DNA of 63,422 nt, filler included, from Reticulomyxa filosa (taxonomy: Eukaryota; Protista; Foraminifera): assembly GCA_000512085.1 (NCBI GenBank). It is 26 parts of 26 records of this genome, joined end to end, with 100 filler letters (N's around TTAATTAATTAA, not from the genome) between each part and the next. Parts side by side here need not be neighbours in the genome. Positions count along the whole stretch, not along the records: positions 1 to 1,250 come from ASPP01000886.1; positions 1,351 to 2,881 come from ASPP01025393.1; positions 2,982 to 4,841 come from ASPP01024234.1; positions 4,942 to 5,968 come from ASPP01009597.1; positions 6,069 to 8,132 come from ASPP01019737.1; positions 8,233 to 12,931 come from ASPP01008791.1; 20 more parts are not named here. One strand, 5' to 3'. The notes beneath the pieces are model-generated. The model searched no databases. It had not been told where the DNA came from and worked only from the letters and a program-made list of their open reading frames with translations. The position numbers were made by a program, and so were the translations under genes. How positions within the stretch are numbered: position 1 is the first letter of the stretch; the number at the start of each line of letters is the position of its first letter. Below are positions 1 through 11,090 of the stretch, piece by piece.

Positions 1-135
1 ATATTCAAATTTTTTAAACAATTAGGAAAGATGTAATAAAAAACCAAAATGATATTTAAAAAGTACACGATTTGTAGATATTTAAAAAAAAAAATTAGGT
101 CTGAATGTTGTCTTTTCATGAAGAAAATCAAGGTA
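1..135 (+). repeat. Dispersed AT-rich repeat copy
   Basis: 1-68 matches 26449-26478 (+) and the reverse complement of 50698-50758. 74-130 matches 35442-35500 (gtagatatt..aaattaggtct.aatgttg..ttttcatg.agaaaatcaa). Confidence 0.7.
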
Positions 136-1250
136 CCATTTTAGGTGTCAACTTTACTTTGCATTCTACTGTAGAACGAAATAAAAGGTAATTAAGAAGA
201 TATTCTGAAAAGATAGAAACGAAAATTAAAGAATATAATTGAAGAAAAAGAATTAAATGAACAAAATACTAAGAAACAGACAACACATAACGATTATAGA
301 AGAAGAATGTGATAATTTGAATATATTTTGTTTTAAAATTAAAATTTCATGATTTACAAAAACACGTTGAGATTTTATAATATAAATACTGCATGCTAAT
401 ACATAATTGTTATGTCTTCATTTTTCATTACAAAATAAATCATTTGTACAGCCAAAGTGCAATATCGTTGATCCGATCAGAGAAATAATCATAATATCAA
501 CATAAATGCGCTCAAATACAAAATTCTTTTGATTTTAGTTGCTTGATTGATAATTTTACAAGCAATTGTAATAATATTTAAAATAATAACAAACGTGACA
601 AACACAATTTCATTTGACATCCATTTATAAACTGACATTTTCATTCATTCCAGATTGCTGCAGCATGGTTTGCAATTACAGTAGAAGCATCTTATGAGAT
701 GATTGATTTTCTTCATGAAAGAATGACATTTAAAATTAAAAAAAAGGGATCATGAAAAAACTTCGAAAGGAGACAAAGACTAAAGTCAAAATGATATAGT
801 TTGTAGATTTTTTTAAACAAAAAACATTTGATTAAAAATTATTTTTTCATTGAAAAAATTAATCCACAAGACGCACTAAAATATCGTTGTTAAATGAAAC
901 ATTTGTCAAAATATTCAAAAATAAATTTTCCAAAATTATCTCTTTCAAAACAAAAATCATTTTGGTTATTATAACGAGCATAGAGAATAAAAAAGAACAT
1001 TAGGTACTTTCCACAAGTCACTCTGCTAAAAAAAAAAACAACATGCAAACACAACAACATTCTGCTTTTTATAATGTTTGTAACAATTACTAAAGTACAT
1101 GTTCCACTTATAGTCAATACTTACAAAGTGAATTGAGGTATGATTAAGTGTGTTTTCAGAACTTATTATTTTAACGAAGAACAACATGGTCACGATAACA
1201 ACGTCAAACATGTTGCAGGGATGAAATATCAAGAGTTATTTGAAAGTAGA

Positions 1251-1350
1251 NNNNNNNNNNNNNNNNNNNNNNNNNNNNNNNNNNNNNNNNNNNNTTAATT
1301 AATTAANNNNNNNNNNNNNNNNNNNNNNNNNNNNNNNNNNNNNNNNNNNN
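1251..1350. other. Artificial contig-joining spacer (first of 25)
   Basis: N44+TTAATTAATTAA+N44, with stops in all six frames. The others start at 2882, 4842, 5969, 8133, 12932, 14412, 21649, 22838, 24053, 25939, 27085, 28252, 29560, 33628, 35220, 39036, 40136, 41386, 43857, 48805, 52159, 56957, 58681 and 61888. Adjacent contigs are not physically linked. Confidence 0.99.
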
Positions 1351-1352
1351 AT

Positions 1353-1733
1353 GAATTATTAAATACAATATTATCTGGATCTGCAGATAAAAGTGTTCGT
1401 TTGTGGGATATTCGATCTGGTCAACAAATTCAAGTGTTCAATGGACATATAAATGCAGTATCGTCCGTTGAATATTCACCATTTGTGATAAAGAATAGTA
1501 TTGGTAATTCGAATGTGATATGTTCAGGATCAATTGACAATACAATTCGTTTTTGGAATATTCTATCAAATAAGAACCAATTATTTATGATCAAAGGAGA
1601 TGAAAAAGAAGATAAGGGAATAATTTGTCTTAAATTTATTGAATTGAAAAAGAAAGAGAAGACAAAGAATGTCAAACATGATTTGGATTTGTGTTATGGA
1701 TCATACAAAGGTCCCATTCGTATTTGGGGATAA
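1353..1733 (+). CDS. WD40-repeat protein of the expanded family, 3' part (5' cut by contig edge)
   Basis: ELLNTILSGSADKSVRLWDIRSGQQIQVFNGH...SGSIDNTIRFW...GPIRIWG*. Paralogues at 57514, 58781 and 60958. Confidence 0.9.
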   Translation, partial: ELLNTILSGSADKSVRLWDIRSGQQIQVFNGHINAVSSVEYSPFVIKNSIGNSNVICSGSIDNTIRFWNILSNKNQLFMIKGDEKEDKGIICLKFIELKKKEKTKNVKHDLDLCYGSYKGPIRIWG

Positions 1734-2454
1734 TTTACTTTTTTGTCGAATAAGAAATGAACGTGTTTTGTTTGAAAGATTTTATTAAAAGAAAAGTAAT
1801 TGATATTAAACTTGTTTAATTTGATTGAATGCAACTATTGAAAGATTTATTTTATCTTACTTTGTTGTTAAAAAAAAAAGGAAAAGCTTCATCAATATTT
1901 GAAAAGCATAATAAATGAAAATTACATTCAATTGCAAGGTGTAAGAAAGGAAAAAGATATCCTAAATTCAAAAGGCAGATATATTTTTTTTTATCAATAA
2001 ATGTAATTTGAAATGGATTATATTAAAAATTTCACCCAAATTAAATTGGTAAAACATCGATAATGTAAGAATATTATTAAAGAGGATACATTTATGGCTT
2101 TGATAAATATGTTATGTTATTTAATAATATATCCAACTTGGTCTAAGACATTTGAACAAACGAAAATTCTATAATTACGTAATGAAAGAATGCATTTTGA
2201 TCATAACAACAGAGTTGATAAGTTTTCATTTGACATTTCATGAACATATTTATCATATCAAATAATTATTCAAAAATTGAGCTCAAAAATCTATTGTGGA
2301 TAGTAAAAACGAAAATATTCAAAAATAGACCATTCAGGTAAAAAAAAGAACTGCTGAAATAATTTAAATTAGAATGTCAAATTTATGCATGTCACCTTGT
2401 CAATTTTTTCCCAAAGTCAATGCTACAGAGAATACAACGCAAAAAGTGATGCAA

Positions 2455-2880
2455 CCATATGTAAAATAAAGTTTTACTCGATACAGTCGAGATTTCAAAA
2501 AATACACCAAAAACAAGATCTCAGAAAGTACCACCAGGTCCGCGCTATCGCGACTCAATAACTCCTTTCCATTTGCGAGAAAACTCACTTTTCAAAATGA
2601 CTGAAAAAACCACAACTTTTTTTACTTATTGCTGTTCCTATTAGTGTAGAAACGTTGTAGAAAGACCGGAATTGGTTCTAAAATAATCTACGCTTTTCAC
2701 AGTAAAAGAATATGTATGTTTTGTTCTTGTATGAAGAATACATATTTTGAAATCCACTAAGAGATATGACGCATCGCTATCATTTTTGCAAATCCGTCCA
2801 TACGTAGAATCAACTTTTACTCGATACAGTTGAGATTTCAAAAGATACACCAAAAACACACTTTTGTAGATCTCGGAAAG
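2455..2880 (+). repeat. Imperfect direct repeat, two ~75-nt copies (2455-2530, 2798-2880)
   Basis: ccatatgtaaaataaagttttactcgatacagtcgagatttcaaaaaatacaccaaaaaca vs ccatacgtagaatcaacttttactcgatacagttgagatttcaaaagatacaccaaaaaca. Confidence 0.8.
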
Positions 2881-2984
2881 CNNNNNNNNNNNNNNNNNNN
2901 NNNNNNNNNNNNNNNNNNNNNNNNNTTAATTAATTAANNNNNNNNNNNNNNNNNNNNNNNNNNNNNNNNNNNNNNNNNNNNTTT

Positions 2985-3016
<32 letters not shown>

Positions 3017-3024
3017 TTCTAAAC

Positions 3025-3611
3025 TGGTGACACGTAACCTTGAGCGCTCCAATCCACAGAAATGGGGTCAGTTGTGGTGGTTGTGGTAGTAGTGGCGGCC
3101 GCGTTGGAAGGGGCCTTTCTTTGCTTGCCAATGGTGTATTGCGCGTCCTTGCGCGATACCTTGCTTTTCTTTGGATTGACGTATTCTGAAAACTCCTCCT
3201 TTGTCATGTCCGCAAATCTGTTGGGACGCAATCTTGCCTTATTCTTTTTGTTCGTATTCCATTCCGCAATTTTCTTCACGTTTTGTTCGAATATGCCAAA
3301 GCGATACGTCTCTTTTTTATTTTTTATTTGTCAATGCATTGAAATTATATTTTATTATTAGTACATATATAATACATATACGTATATATGTATGTATACA
3401 GCTAATTCGTCCAATGTAAATGACCTTCTTCTGTTGATTTGTACGTTTTCTTGAAATATGCCATCCAATCATCCCATGCTTGTGGCATGTCCATTTTTAC
3501 GAGGTCGTTCAAATCTAACTCTTTTTTCCATGACTCGCCCTTGTAGCTATACCTTTCCTTACTTAATACGCAGCCAATTACTGCCACAAATGCAAGTGCA
3601 AATTTCGACAT
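3025..3611 (-). CDS. Papain-family (C1A) cathepsin L-like cysteine protease, 5' part
   Basis: Signal peptide MSKFALAFVAVIGCVLS. Removing GT-AG intron 3424-3312 gives the ERFNIN motif (EETYRFGIFEQNVKKIAEWN), then NRFADMT, then the mature start PISVDWSAQGYVSP. Contig ends in the next intron. Confidence 0.92.
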
Positions 3612-4941
3612 TTGTAAAATAAATTTCCAGTTAGCCAAAAATCAATTGATTTCTGCACCTCTTTTTTGTTGAACTTTACTGTCGTGCGTGTCTTTTCAAA
3701 AAGTCTTTATTCACTTTTAAGTGTTCTAAAAAAATTCTGCGTGCAAGTGTTGAATACCTCAGTTTATCATAACAAGGGCATTCTCTGTGACAATTTATTT
3801 TAATTTATTTGTTGTTTGTTGGATTATCAAAAATCATACACGAAAAGTATGACTTTATCAAATTGAAATAAGTTATAAATATTAGTTCGGACATCCCAAA
3901 ATCAGATAGTGTTGTAACATGATAAAGAACATATCATATTACCACCAACAAGATTTGTTTTATTTCTTTTTTTCGTAAACTTGATAAGTTGATATGTCAA
4001 AACTATCAAAAAGTGCAACGAATGTGCTTGTTGATTGTCACTATAATCTATTTATAAATAAGCAAATACATACATTAGATTTAATTAAATAATATATATC
4101 GTTTCAAAAATAAACATATAATAATAATGCATAATCGTTCTGTTAGTTGATCAAATAAAAAGAAATTTGTTTTTACATCAACTGTTTATGTTATCATTAA
4201 TCAGAATCATTCATTTGTTTCTACATAAATATAAATCTCAACGCGAATAAGAATATTTCAATTTTTTAACATCAACAAATTATATAAATTAAAACGACTT
4301 TCGGATTTCAAAAAAATACCATAAGATCAGAAATAGTACATGAATTAAAATGTTTTTACTTTTTGAAAGAGTACAAACAATGAATTGCAAAAAAATTGGT
4401 TCATTATATGCATTAGTTGTTATTTACAATGTGTCAGAATGATTAATTACAGCTTTATGCGTGGCACACGAAAAAATTTTCTTGTTCTCCAAAAAAGACT
4501 TCATTTGGTGTACTGTCCTTCAAATTAATTTTTTTTATGATTCTACTCCAGCAATTGTACTGAAACGTATCTTTTCATTATTCATAACTTTAATTGAAAT
4601 AATTCCGACATTGTGAAAAGATTTGTGTAGACGTCTTTTTACTTAAGTGAATAAATTGAAAATAAATTATAAATAACGACAAAAAGTTTTGATTGATTAA
4701 AATAACATTAAAGCTATTATCTGGCATGCAAAATAAAAACTTATGCAATGAAATGAAATACAGTAGGTTGCAAAGAAAACTGAACGCCTAAAACGATATC
4801 TTATGTGATAATTGATTTTCTCCATGAAAAATCAATTATCANNNNNNNNNNNNNNNNNNNNNNNNNNNNNNNNNNNNNNNNNNNNTTAATTAATTAANNN
4901 NNNNNNNNNNNNNNNNNNNNNNNNNNNNNNNNNNNNNNNNN

Positions 4942-5871
4942 GATTGCATCGCCGGCGATGGCGACGAGGATGTTCTGCTGCATCACCCCGGCTGCGAAGG
5001 TGAGGGTGCCGCTTTGAGCGACATAATCCTGGCCGGCGAGCGCGCTGCCGTTCGCGGTCGTGTAATGGACGGTGACGGTCGAGGAGGAAGCCTCGGTCAG
5101 GAAGACCGGAATGCTGAGGTAGTGGGCATTGCCGGCGTCGCCCTCGCCGATCGCGGCGTCACCGATGGTGATGCCGACCGTCGGCACGCCGTTGCGCACC
5201 GAGAACACGAAAGTACCTGGCACGCCGACGTTGCTGGCGCTCTCCAGCGCGAGCAGATCCGCCTGGTTGCCGGATTGCGGAAGCTCGAAATAGTCGACGC
5301 CGTCTCCAGCGCTGTAGCCGGCCCGGGCCGGTGTGCCGCCCAGACCGTTGCTGCCGCCGGATGCACCGCCGGTCGTCCAGTCGACATTCTCGTAACGGAA
5401 GGTGATGTCGAAGTCGCCCTGCGCGTTGACCTGGTGGATGCTGAGCTGGAAGGCGTTCAGCTTGTTGGTCTGGCCGCTGTAGTAGCCGACATCGTCCCAC
5501 GTGGCGGTGAAGGTGTGGGTGACGGGATCGAGATCGTACCAGAGCAGGTTCGTGCCGGCCGACGTGCCGCCGGGCGTCGGCGCGAGCGCGCCGCCGCGCG
5601 TGTCGATGTCGGCCCAGTAGGCGGCGATGATGGGATTGCTCGTCGATCCCGTGATCGCGCTCGGCGTGAAGCTGCTGGAGGCGGCGTTGAAGGTCACGCT
5701 GCCGTTATTGTTGAGATAGAAACCCGTGTAATAGCGGCCGAAGAAGTTGATGCCCTGCGCGCCGAAGATCGGCGTGAGGTCGATGAACCCCGTCGAGCCG
5801 TCGTCGTTGCCGGAGAGCGAGAATTCGCCGAACCCGGCGTTGCCGCCCAGATTGTTGACCAGCGCCGTCAT
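4942..5871 (-). CDS. Bacterial NIDO (nidogen-like) domain + Calx-beta large surface/secreted protein, N-terminal part
   Basis: High-GC intronless contig with GGGAGG RBS. NIDO motifs: NDDGST, INFFG, YLNNNGSVTF, IIAAYWADIDTR, TWDDVGYY, NAFQL, FELPQSG. Calx-beta: VTVHYTTANGSALAGQDYVAQSGTLTFAAG. Confidence 0.88.
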
Positions 5872-6068
5872 GACGGCCTCCCCGATGGCCTGCCTAACCT
5901 CGTCCCGGAGGTCTGGACGACTTTGATTGTCTTCAGGTTTCCCCGCCCGTCAGACAACCTAGTGGGAGNNNNNNNNNNNNNNNNNNNNNNNNNNNNNNNN
6001 NNNNNNNNNNNNTTAATTAATTAANNNNNNNNNNNNNNNNNNNNNNNNNNNNNNNNNNNNNNNNNNNN

Positions 6069-8107
6069 CTTCAGATCGGTGAGTTGCCGGACGGCCAGAG
6101 TGGATTTGGCATTGTCTTGGGCCTTTGTGTCGATGGCCAACGCCTGCATGAGCCTCCCTAAGTCAAGCGCGGGGTCGGACAAGCTTCGCAAAGTCTTCAA
6201 AGTCACATGTCTCGCCAACGGCCCTATCCTCCGCATCATCTCTCTGCCCACCATGTCGTGCATCGGTCCAATCGCGCCCAAGTTGTCGCCAATGTCGTCA
6301 TTGCTATTGCTTTTCTCCAGCCTGTCCACCACCGCGTCGTCTATCACTAGTTCCAGTCCATCGCCATCGCTCTTTGCATTTGCACTAACATTTGCATTTA
6401 CATTTGCATTTACATTTGCACTTACATTTATGCTTGTGTTCGCACCTGTGCTCGTGCTTGTATTGGTAAGCGAGGGCGGCATTGTTATTGCACTCACATC
6501 TTCACCCGTCTCCATTTTGACAGTGATCATTGTCTTTTCTGTTTCTTGACTGCTATTTAATCGCCGTCGTTTGGTATGCTTTTTTTTTTGTTAGTATTGC
6601 ATGAAGAGGAGAAGAGAGGGGGGGGGAGGGAATGATTCTGAATATACAATACAATACAATACAATACAATAGAGAGAGAGAGAGAGAAATAAAGACCTGC
6701 CCAGTGATGGCTTGGATGTTGATGTCATCACAAGACTCCGTTTTGACGACCAAAGAAGAGTGGTCTTGCAAGGGCTCCAAACTGTCAACCTTATCTATCG
6801 CTTTGCGTTTCCTCGTGTTGCTATTGCTATTGCTAACTTCGACAGCAGATTTGACCGGGACAGAGACATGCCTTTTAGTCAAACCCATGGGAGGCTTGAT
6901 ATTAGACAAGGACAAGGACAAGGACGACGAGGACGACGACGATGAGAGTGGCGGCAGAGACGATGGGGGTTGCGTGATCATATCTAATTTTGCCTTTGCA
7001 TCCAAATAGGCGGATCTGGATTGGAGCTTGCGATCCTCTTTGCTGTTGACGAGTCTATGTAGACCTGACAAGCGGTTGTATTCGATGCTCATTTCTTTCT
7101 GTGCGTGTTGGATCTCGGCTTTCAAGTCGCGGATAATTTCCAGCAGATTCTTGTGTTCATTCTGCAGTGCCTCCATCCTTTTATTGTTCGTTGCAATGTT
7201 CTCATCCGAGCTTTGCAAACGCAACATCTCCTCCAATTCCCGCTCTCTGCGCTGCAACGCCTCTATCTTAAGTTTATGCTGAACTTTCGCTCGTTGGTGT
7301 CTCATCATCTCCGCGGTCAATCTCTCGTTCTCCTGTTTCGACTCGTAAAAACGAGTCTCCAACATAGACTCATTCGTTTCCGTCTTTCCTGTTCCCGTCT
7401 CTGTTCCCTGTGTTATTGTTGCTGTTGTTGCTGTCGATGTACGTAGATTCGCTTCAGACACTTCACCGCTTTCCATTTTCACGTCTGCACTACTCGTCTT
7501 TTCTGTTACCATGTTGCTTATGGGCGCTTTCTTTGGCTGGTCTGTTCTTGGTCTTTGAAACGAAACAAGACAAAAAAAAAAAAAAAGGGGAGTGACAAAG
7601 AGATGTTTTTTTTTTTTTTTTTTTGATTGGTTTGAAGAAGTGATAGTTGTCAACCAATCAAACAAAAACAAACACGTCACTTTTGATACATCTATTTATA
7701 TACAAAACTTGGATTTGGACTTTCCAATGGGCTGTGCAAAACTTGAACTGGTGTCAGTCTTGGCGCCCATTTCCAGTGGGGTACTGCTGCTTCCTGACAA
7801 CACTTTCTTCGTCATTGGCAGAGGCTGGAGAGGTTGCCCTGAATAACCTCGTTGCTTTGCCCCTGTTTCGAGAAAATACATTTGTCCTTTTGGGGAAAAA
7901 GAGGTTGGCAAGTCAGAGGTTACATCACCAAACACCTGAATATGATACTTGATTCTTCATCCGTGGGGGACAAAACCCCGGTTTAAGTGAATGAGGCTCA
8001 TGTCTTGCTGTCGAATTTGGAACGGGTCGAGAACTTGACGTACCGGCCGAAGAAACGGAGGCCGGCTTTGGTGTATTTTCCTTTCTATTATCACTTGCTT
8101 TTGCCAT
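6069..8107 (-). CDS. Hypothetical multi-exon coiled-coil / low-complexity protein (partial)
   Basis: Coding-like segments ~8107-7707, ~7554-6697 (heptad-rich ESKQENERLTAEMMRHQRAK...) and ~6552-6069, separated by simple-repeat GT-AG introns. No family recognised. Confidence 0.6.
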
Positions 8108-8232
8108 TGGATTGGCTCAATGGCTCCGATTTNNNNNNNNNNNNNNNNNNNNNNNNNNNNNNNNNNNNNNNNNNNNTTAATTAATTAANNNNNNNNNNNN
8201 NNNNNNNNNNNNNNNNNNNNNNNNNNNNNNNN

Positions 8233-10468
8233 TCTTCATCTTCATTTTCATTTTCGTCATCATCCTCTCCTGTTTCAATGGGGGCAATAAAAGTAATGTC
8301 TTTGGCATCACCTGCTCTCAGCGGAGATAAGATATCATTGGAATTATCGTTGTTATTTTTGTCGCTGTTGTCATTGTTATTGTTTTGAATCGATTCGTTC
8401 TGAACTTTGGCGGATTCACTGGATTGGTAATGAAGAAGAGGAGTAGCCAAAGGAGATTTTGGAAAAGCAATATCCGAATTTTGACGAGAAAGATTGAACT
8501 CTGAATTAGAGTCGATGGCGATTTTTTGTGGATTATGCGATTGTACGGATGAAAAAGGAGCTGCTGTTGGAGAAATAGGCATGGAATAAATATGAGGATA
8601 ACGTTGCTGTGTTTCGAATGCAGAACGAAGTGATTCAGACTCGCTTTTTTGAGGATTCAAGGAAAGCAGACTCATTGTCCGCATTGGCTGATTTCGCAAG
8701 TAATCAAAGTGTATGTGTGGAGGCTCAAACACTTGCTTTGAGGCCAGTCGATCATTTGGATATTCCAACAGAAATGTCAATATTTGCATGTCAACAAATC
8801 GTTGATTTCGCGGCGCATCATGCAAAGAGGATACATGAAAACCAAAAGATTCTCCGGTTGTCGTTTGGATCAATACCAACAAATTTTGTCGGTCATAACA
8901 CTGTATTGGCACAAACACCAAAATTAGTTAAAAAGCCGCGTTTTTTTTTTTTTTAAAAAAAAAAAAAAGGTAAGGTAACTACGCGGCAGGTCTCCCTCCT
9001 ACAAAAAAAAAAAAAAAAAACCAACCTTTTCATAAAGTGTCGCCAATTGATACCCATCCTCGGAAGTGTTAAACAACAGTTGAAAATCACCAATGTGACA
9101 TTTTGGTGGTAACCATACCCATAGTTGCAAGAAATCGGCCTTGTGTTTCAAAATATTGGACTGCTCGACCCACTTTGGATTCCATGAAGGCCATCGTCGA
9201 GCTACTTGTTCGTCAGTTCGTGACGACTGCTGCAATGTCGCTTGATGTAACGTTTCCAACTTTTCTAATTTCGTTCGACTCACAGTGACTTGTTTTGCCA
9301 AATTGCACAATTGGACGGGATTCAATCGTCTTGACTTTTCTATTAGCACCTTGCGGAATGTATCAATTTTCCTTTATTTTGTTATTGTTTAGTTATCATT
9401 AGATTTTTTTTAAATCGAATCAGGTATGTAATGAAATCATATATGAACATACAAAAAAAAAAAAAAAGGGGGGGGATCATTTACTTCTCTTGCAACAATG
9501 ATTCTTCCGCATTTTTTAATAAAGCTAAACCAACACGAAACAAGACTTGATATCCTTCAACAAAAAAGATATCGATCAACCGGAGTAGTGTCTTTTCATT
9601 TAAGAAATTCACGTACAATGTCACCAATCCTTCGGCCAATACTTTTTCAATGGCAATATTGTGGTCATTGATATGTTTCACCACTCTTTGTGTCATGTTT
9701 GAGTATGCAGTTTTGTTTTGTGTTTTTTTTTTTTTACTGTTATTTGTCTCATCAAAAAAAAAAAAAAAAAAAAAAATTTCGCAATCATACGCTTTGACTT
9801 GATCAGCAAATAAATCAAGGAATGCTCTCAATCCAACACGAAATTGGAAAAAATCGGTTCGAAAATACCAATGGTTTTTTTTTGACACTTCGACCATGGC
9901 GTTCAGTATACCAAATGCTGTTGCTTCGTCTACGTGCTTTACCACTGTTTCCTTTTTTTTTTGTCCCCCTCTCCTTGCTTTGTATATTACAAAATCTAAC
10001 ATTAGTGTGCGTTCTTTAAAAAGAATTTTTTTTTAATAAGAAAAAGAAGAGCGCACGTACCACTACAAACGGAATTTGTGGACAGTAGCGCAATGAATCA
10101 TGTTCCACTGCTAAAACAACCAATATCTTTCGCGCACAATACTTCTTTTCAGGAGACAGCGTTTTAAATCGACATTTACTGCCAAACATTGGAAATTGTG
10201 GAAAATCTTGCATTGCTATGCCCTCAAATATACCTTTACTCCATTTCTCATAGCTTTGCATGTCCCTTTTACTGACGCCTATTGCTTTCTTCCAAAATAA
10301 AGGACGATTTTTCTCATTACAGCCCTCTCGAGCCATAGTTTGAAGCGTTCGGTACTCCTTTCGATTTCGAATGCTTCGTTCGTGCTTGTAGAAAATCACC
10401 CCACTATCTATGTCAGGAAGCTGCATTGGTGTTTCTAAGCTGGCTATAGCGCTATGACTAACACCCAT
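8233..10468 (-). CDS. TBC (Rab-GAP) + TLDc domain protein, TBC1D24/Skywalker-like, 3' truncated
   Basis: TBC: RKILVVLAVEHDSLRYCPQIPFVV and LLRLIDIFFVEGYQVLFRVGLALLK. TLDc: WVWLPPKCHIGDFQLLFNTSEDGYQLATLYEK|CYDRQNLLVLIQTTTGESFG. About 5 exons. Confidence 0.88.
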
Positions 10469-10772
10469 CCTTGTAAAGACAATAGCTTTTAATATTTATT
10501 AACTATCACCAATAAAAACTTCAATTGAGCTTTACTTAGAAAGTTCACTCATTTTAAAATTTACAAGGCATAAGAGAAAAACAAAAACAAACTAGATTCA
10601 CGTTTCAAACAAAAATTGTTCTTCAAAAAATTCAAAGCAATTATTTGTAAATTTTGCAGTACACATTTCTCTTTTAAAAAACTCAGCTCTACAAAACATA
10701 TCACAATCGGTGAAAGTGAACTGTAAACATTTAAAAGGGGCTGTGAATAAAGGAAATTCATATTAATTTTCC

Positions 10773-11090
10773 ATGTCCCAAAAAACTACATCTACCACAA
10801 GAAATCCTTCCCAATTTGTTAAACAAGTGATGGGAAGACCAGTGATTGTAAAACTGAATTCTGGCGTTTGTTATCATGGAGTACTAGCCGGCTTGGACGG
10901 TCACATGAATATAGCAATGGAACAAACACAAGAATTTGAAGATGGCCAATTTCAAAGAAGATATGGTGATGTATTCATCCGAGGAAGCAATGGTTAGTTT
11001 TGTTTTTTTGTTATTGAGTGTAAAATTGTTTGTTGTATTTTGATATGTTTCATAGTACTCTACATCAGCATGCAAAAAAGATCGAAATGA
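10773..11090 (+). CDS. LSM6: U6 snRNA-associated Sm-like protein LSm6
   Basis: PSQFVKQVMGRPVIVKLNSGVCYHGVLAGLDGHMNIAMEQT...YGDVFIRGSN. Intron 10993-11055, then exon 2 VLYISMQKRSK*. Confidence 0.93.

Noticed and set aside
1295-1306. Recurrent TTAATTAATTAA as a biological repeat or CRISPR-like array
   Set aside because: It is always centred in N44 flanks, so it is an artificial six-frame-stop linker. ORFs ending in X...LIN are artefacts, and gene neighbourhoods across spacers are meaningless.
4942-5968. Horizontal gene transfer into the host
   Set aside because: There is no host-like flank, intron or compositional amelioration on either bacterial contig.
5014-6024. Long antisense ORFs on the bacterial contigs (also 28377-29483)
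   Set aside because: These are typical shadow ORFs of high-GC coding sequence; the opposite strand carries the recognisable protein.
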